A stretch of 64,000 nt of DNA from Deltaproteobacteria bacterium HGW-Deltaproteobacteria-2. Lineage in GTDB: Bacteria > Desulfobacterota > Syntrophia > Syntrophales > Smithellaceae. A program made the translations under genes and the position numbers. This document shows, piece by piece, positions 60,259 to 64,000 of the stretch (the stretch's first letter is position 1; every line of letters starts with the position of its first letter). The notes beneath the pieces were generated by a model that did no database searches, was not told the DNA's origin, and saw nothing but the letters and a program-made list of their open reading frames with translations. Location of the stretch: NCBI GenBank assembly GCA_002840505.1, contig PHBC01000008.1, positions 7,193 through 71,192 on the forward strand, given 5' to 3'.

Positions 60259-60813
60259 ATGAAACATGCAAGAATTAAAATTATTTTCATTACGTGCGTC
60301 GTCGCGATTATAGGAATCTTTTCGGTTTCCTCTTACGCGGCTACGGCCAATGAGATCGATGCCAGAGTAAATGCGTCCCTCGACCGGTTTGTCAATGAAG
60401 TCAAGGGTGCGCAGGAGTTTCTTAATGCCGCCAAGGGAGTTCTTATCGTCCCTAAAGTCATACAGGGTGGACTTGTAGTCGGAGCCGAGTATGGTGAAGG
60501 AGCCTTAAGGATAGGAGGTAAAACGGTCAGTTATTACAACATTATTTCCGGGTCTTTCGGCTATCAGATCGGAGCTCAGGAGAAGGACATCATTCTTGTG
60601 TTCATGAGCGATAAGGTATTAAAGAAATTCCGTAACAGTAAAAACTGGAAAGCGGGTGTTGATGCCAAGGTAACCGTGGCCAATGTCGGTGCCGACGGTT
60701 CTATAAACACTTTAAATATTAAGCAGCCCATTGTCGGGTTTGTCTTTAGTCAGAAAGGGCTTATGGCCGGTGCCACGATAGAAGGTTCAAAATTTACGAA
60801 ATTGAAAAAATAA
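60259..60813 (+). CDS. SYLF (Ysc84/DUF500) lipid-binding domain protein, secreted
   Basis: Signal peptide. The pattern AKGVLIVPKVIQGGLVVGAEYGEGAL...SGSFGYQIGAQEKDIILVFMS...GVDAKVTVA...GLMAGATIEGSK fits the SYLF fold family as I recall it. Confidence 0.65.
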   Translation: MKHARIKIIFITCVVAIIGIFSVSSYAATANEIDARVNASLDRFVNEVKGAQEFLNAAKGVLIVPKVIQGGLVVGAEYGEGALRIGGKTVSYYNIISGSFGYQIGAQEKDIILVFMSDKVLKKFRNSKNWKAGVDAKVTVANVGADGSINTLNIKQPIVGFVFSQKGLMAGATIEGSKFTKLKK

Positions 60814-61229
60814 ACAGCACCGAGGCATTCAATTATCGGTTCTCTGACCTTACGCAAGTGGCATGTTTTGATACAGCTATTCATCGTGACATGCCACCGC
60901 GTATGGCCTGATTTGAAGCCGGGTAATTCCAGTTCGCCTCGGTAATGGTGCCAGTAAAACCGAACGTCACCCCCTCCGGCGTTGCGGTTTTACTGGCAAC
61001 CTCGCAAATCCTGTGGCAACGGTGATTGGATTTCGTAGGACCCTTCAGCCTAATTTACAATTTGTTTGGAGATGTTCGGTTTGCGCTATTGTGTGATGAT
61101 GCGGATCTGACGGTCGCTGAGTAGAAAGAGGAAAAGTCATGAGAAATAGAATATCTCCATGCCTTGCTTTTTTTGTTTTAGGAGAGGATGATAATTTAGT
61201 TTAATAATCAAAACCGGAGGAGGGGTTTT

Positions 61230-63017
61230 ATGAAATCATTTTATGAATACGAAAAGTTCTGGTTTGTCTTTTTAACGGGCATGCTGATTTTCTCTTTATC
61301 GGGATGTTCAAAATCTATCGTCAGAAATCAAATTCAGCCCGAAGGATACTCGATTGCCTCCGATGTTCAAACGACGGTGCAGAGAACGATCGCTCCCAGT
61401 TCGACACCTTCGACAGCGATTAATCTTTGGGAAATTTCCAAATACAGTCAATACGGCTATGGAAACTGGACTTATGGCTCGGGTCTTCCCTACGACAAGC
61501 GACTCGATGTCATGCCGGCTGCATATAGCGATTCAGCCGTCACTAAAAAAACAAAACTTTTGAATTTCTTTACCATATCCGATATCCATATCACCGACAA
61601 AGAATCTCCCAACCAGTTGATCTATCTTCAACGCCTGCATCCCAAATTGCCGGTTGGAGGATCTCTGTATTCAGGGATTATGATGTATACAACGCATGTT
61701 CTCGACGCAGCCGTCCAGACTGTCAATGCCCTGCACAACAAAGACAACAAAGCAAATCCGTTTGACTTCGGCCTCTCTCTGGGTGATACCTGCAACACCA
61801 CTCAGTACAATGAACTTCGCTGGTATATCGATGTTCTGGACGGCAAGATCATAACGCCCAGTTCCGGAGCCCATCTCGGAGCCAACACCATCGATTATCA
61901 GAAACCTTATCAGGCGGCAGGACTGGATAAGACGATTCCCTGGTATCAGACGCTTGGCAACCACGATCATTTTTGGATGGGTTCAATCCCTGTCGACTAT
62001 AGTCTTAGAAAAGACCTTCGGCAATCCTTCACCAGCGACGAAGTGTTCGCGACGGGAGATATACTCGCTAACCCGGCAATAATTAATAACCGTGATTACT
62101 ACATGGGCGTATTCGACGGCTCGACTCCTTACGGTGACATTATCAAGGCAGGACCTGTTGGAAATTTCAGCAGCGCTCCGAAGGTTGCAGCCGATCCTGA
62201 TCGCCGTTCACTTTTAAGGACGGAGTGGATGAAAGAATTTTTTAATACGTCTTCCATTCCGGCCGGTCACGGTTTCAACTTGACCGATGCCAACAATGGC
62301 TTTGCCTGTTACAGCTTTATGCCTAAGTCGAACATTCCGATCAAGGTTATCGTTCTCGACGATACCCAAAAAGAAGATGACGGCTCAGCCGACATTCACG
62401 GGCATGGCTTTCTGGATCAGGCACGCTGGGCTTGGCTGAAAAAAGAACTGGCTGACGGTGATGCCGCTGGTCAATTAATGATTATCGCCGCGCATATTCC
62501 GATAAACGTCGAAGTGACGGCGCCTAATTCCGAAATGGGTTGGTGGGTCAATCCGCAAAATGCCGTGACTCTGCCGGATCTGATTGCGGAACTTCAAAAC
62601 CATCCGAATATTATCGCGTGGCTCTCGGGGCATCGTCATTTGAGTACCGTTAAAGCATTTATCTCCGCTGATCCGGTCAACGCTCCGGAAAAAGGTTTCT
62701 GGCAGATTGAAACTCCATCGCTGAGGGATTTCCCTCAGCAGTTCCGGACTTTTGAAATTTACCTCAACAGCGACTATTCAATTTCAATCGTTACCACCGA
62801 CGTTGATCCGGCAGTCCAGGACGGAACGCCGGCGGCAGCATCGCGTAAATATGCCATCGCAACAGCTCAGATAGTCGAGACGGGGGCTCTTACTACTAAA
62901 TGGAATCCAACTAATGATCCAACTATAAAAACAATGCCAACCGGTTCATACAATGCAGAGCTTTTAAAGAAGTTGAGCCCGGCAATGATACTTAAGATGC
63001 AGAGACTGTACCCGTAA
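61230..63017 (+). CDS. lipoprotein metallophosphoesterase (calcineurin-like; resembles the TIGR03768-type family)
   Basis: Lipobox LSGC. Phosphoesterase motifs ISDIHITD, LGDTCN, LGNHDH, AAHIP, GHRH. Confidence 0.7.
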   Translation: MKSFYEYEKFWFVFLTGMLIFSLSGCSKSIVRNQIQPEGYSIASDVQTTVQRTIAPSSTPSTAINLWEISKYSQYGYGNWTYGSGLPYDKRLDVMPAAYSDSAVTKKTKLLNFFTISDIHITDKESPNQLIYLQRLHPKLPVGGSLYSGIMMYTTHVLDAAVQTVNALHNKDNKANPFDFGLSLGDTCNTTQYNELRWYIDVLDGKIITPSSGAHLGANTIDYQKPYQAAGLDKTIPWYQTLGNHDHFWMGSIPVDYSLRKDLRQSFTSDEVFATGDILANPAIINNRDYYMGVFDGSTPYGDIIKAGPVGNFSSAPKVAADPDRRSLLRTEWMKEFFNTSSIPAGHGFNLTDANNGFACYSFMPKSNIPIKVIVLDDTQKEDDGSADIHGHGFLDQARWAWLKKELADGDAAGQLMIIAAHIPINVEVTAPNSEMGWWVNPQNAVTLPDLIAELQNHPNIIAWLSGHRHLSTVKAFISADPVNAPEKGFWQIETPSLRDFPQQFRTFEIYLNSDYSISIVTTDVDPAVQDGTPAAASRKYAIATAQIVETGALTTKWNPTNDPTIKTMPTGSYNAELLKKLSPAMILKMQRLYP

Positions 63018-63082
63018 ACCATAAGATAATTGTTTTCACTAAGACGATATTTGCAATAAAAACAAGTTGGAAAGGAGATTGT

Positions 63083-63532
63083 ATGATTTCAAAAATTCTT
63101 GTGCCATCAGATGGATCAAAAACAGCTAAAAAAGCAGTTGTGTACGCGGTTGATCTTGCCAAACAATTGAAAGCTTCAATTATTATCCTGAGCGTTATTG
63201 ATCAGAGGTCACTAATAGCTAACACAGTCTCCGCATCGGAAACTCCACGGCACACAATAGAGCCTATTGATGATTATCTGAAAGAGGCTGCCGAAGGATT
63301 TGCCGGAGAAATAAAAAAACTGTGCGATAAAAACGGTGTCGCATCTTCAATTTCTATTAAGAAGGGGCATCCGGTGGAGGAGATTGTGAAGGAGGCCAAG
63401 AGATCCAAGGCCGATCTTATTGTTATGGGTTCCCATGGAAGAAGCGCCTTATCAGCCACAGTCCTTGGTAGTGTATCCTATGGTGTTATCCATAATGATA
63501 AAAGTATTCACGTGCTCATTGTGAGGGGTTGA
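63083..63532 (+). CDS. universal stress protein (UspA family)
   Basis: ILVPSDGSKTAKKAVVYAVDLA...ADLIVMGSHGRSALSATVLGSVSYGVIHN. Confidence 0.85.
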   Translation: MISKILVPSDGSKTAKKAVVYAVDLAKQLKASIIILSVIDQRSLIANTVSASETPRHTIEPIDDYLKEAAEGFAGEIKKLCDKNGVASSISIKKGHPVEEIVKEAKRSKADLIVMGSHGRSALSATVLGSVSYGVIHNDKSIHVLIVRG

Positions 63533-63579
63533 TTGCAATAGGACACGAACCCAAAAGGATGTAATAAAGGAGAATAAAC

Positions 63580-63882
63580 ATGCCAGAGTTCGGATCGCCC
63601 TTTTCAGGGTTAGCAAACGACAGGATGCTCACAAATGAGGAACTCATCAGAGCAATTCGTTTCATGGTGGCAGCAGAGTACGAAGCGATTCAGTTGTATA
63701 TGCAGCTTGCCGAGTCAACCGACAATACGCTTGCCGTGGAAGTACTCAAAGACATAGCTGATGAAGAACGCGTTCACGCAGGAGAGTTTCTGCGATTGCT
63801 CCACGCACTTGCTCCCGATGAAAAAAAGTTCTATTTTAAGGGGGCGAAAGAAGTAGAAATAGAAATCAAGAAAAAGAAGTAG
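63580..63882 (+). CDS. small ferritin-like/rubrerythrin-family protein (encapsulated-ferritin-like fold)
   Basis: LTNEELIRAIRFMVAAEYEAIQLYMQLAE...VLKDIADEERVHAGEFLRLL gives an E...ExxH di-iron-type pattern in a 100-aa protein. Confidence 0.55.
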   Translation: MPEFGSPFSGLANDRMLTNEELIRAIRFMVAAEYEAIQLYMQLAESTDNTLAVEVLKDIADEERVHAGEFLRLLHALAPDEKKFYFKGAKEVEIEIKKKK

Positions 63883-63890
63883 AGGAAAAC

Positions 63891-64000
63891 ATGAAAAAAA
63901 TATTGGTCGCAGCATTTGTAATCCTGGCGCTATTTTCCGGGGCGGTAATAGCCCAGGATGATATAGAAAAAAAGAAAATCGAATTTTTATTGTCCTCCAT
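63891..64000 (+). CDS. secreted protein, N-terminal part (runs off the window)
   Basis: The ATG follows AGAGGA. The signal peptide is MKKILVAAFVILALFSGAVIAQD. The ORF is still open at nt 64000. Confidence 0.4.
   Translation, partial: MKKILVAAFVILALFSGAVIAQDDIEKKKIEFLLSS

Overview
The window has two parts, and every confident gene but one tiny ORF is on the + strand. (1) Positions 1-25.7 kb are the right arm of a podovirus-like prophage. It holds tightly overlapping structural genes, a string of internal-virion/ejection-type proteins, a tail-collar fibre and a lysis cassette. Its most striking gene is a single 14.9-kb ORF (4951 aa). That ORF fuses an N6-adenine methyltransferase, an SNF2-type helicase, an HExxH module and a hydrophobic C-terminus, and it carries an SD-preceded ORF nested in the +1 frame. 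The prophage ends next to a displaced 3' fragment of a tmRNA or tRNA-Ala gene at about 25.8 kb. (2) Positions 26-64 kb are chromosomal and look deltaproteobacterial in style. A kaiC-kaiB-kaiB operon runs directly into two paralogous PAS/sigma54 enhancer-binding proteins (EBPs) and an orphan CheB-CheR-PAS fusion. Downstream lie six copies of one highly conserved sigma54 promoter cassette: two TGAGG-type upstream sites, an AT-rich element, and TTGGCA-N6-TTTGC. The spacing from the upstream sites to the -24 element is 131-134 bp in every copy. The cassettes precede envelope and stress genes: a GGDEF response regulator, Ig-like and DUF3494-like lipoproteins paired with OmpA-like proteins, a CsbD-like protein, and small membrane proteins followed by YtxH. 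Between and after the cassettes sit cti, a malic enzyme, wrbA, a DUF326 protein, katE, a DJ-1-type protein, a catalase-related protein, resB/ccsA, a SYLF protein, a metallophosphoesterase, Usp and a ferritin-like protein. My main hypothesis is a previously undescribed Kai-timer to sigma54-EBP to stress/envelope regulon. All calls rest on reading the sequence and remembered family motifs. No database search or folding program was run.
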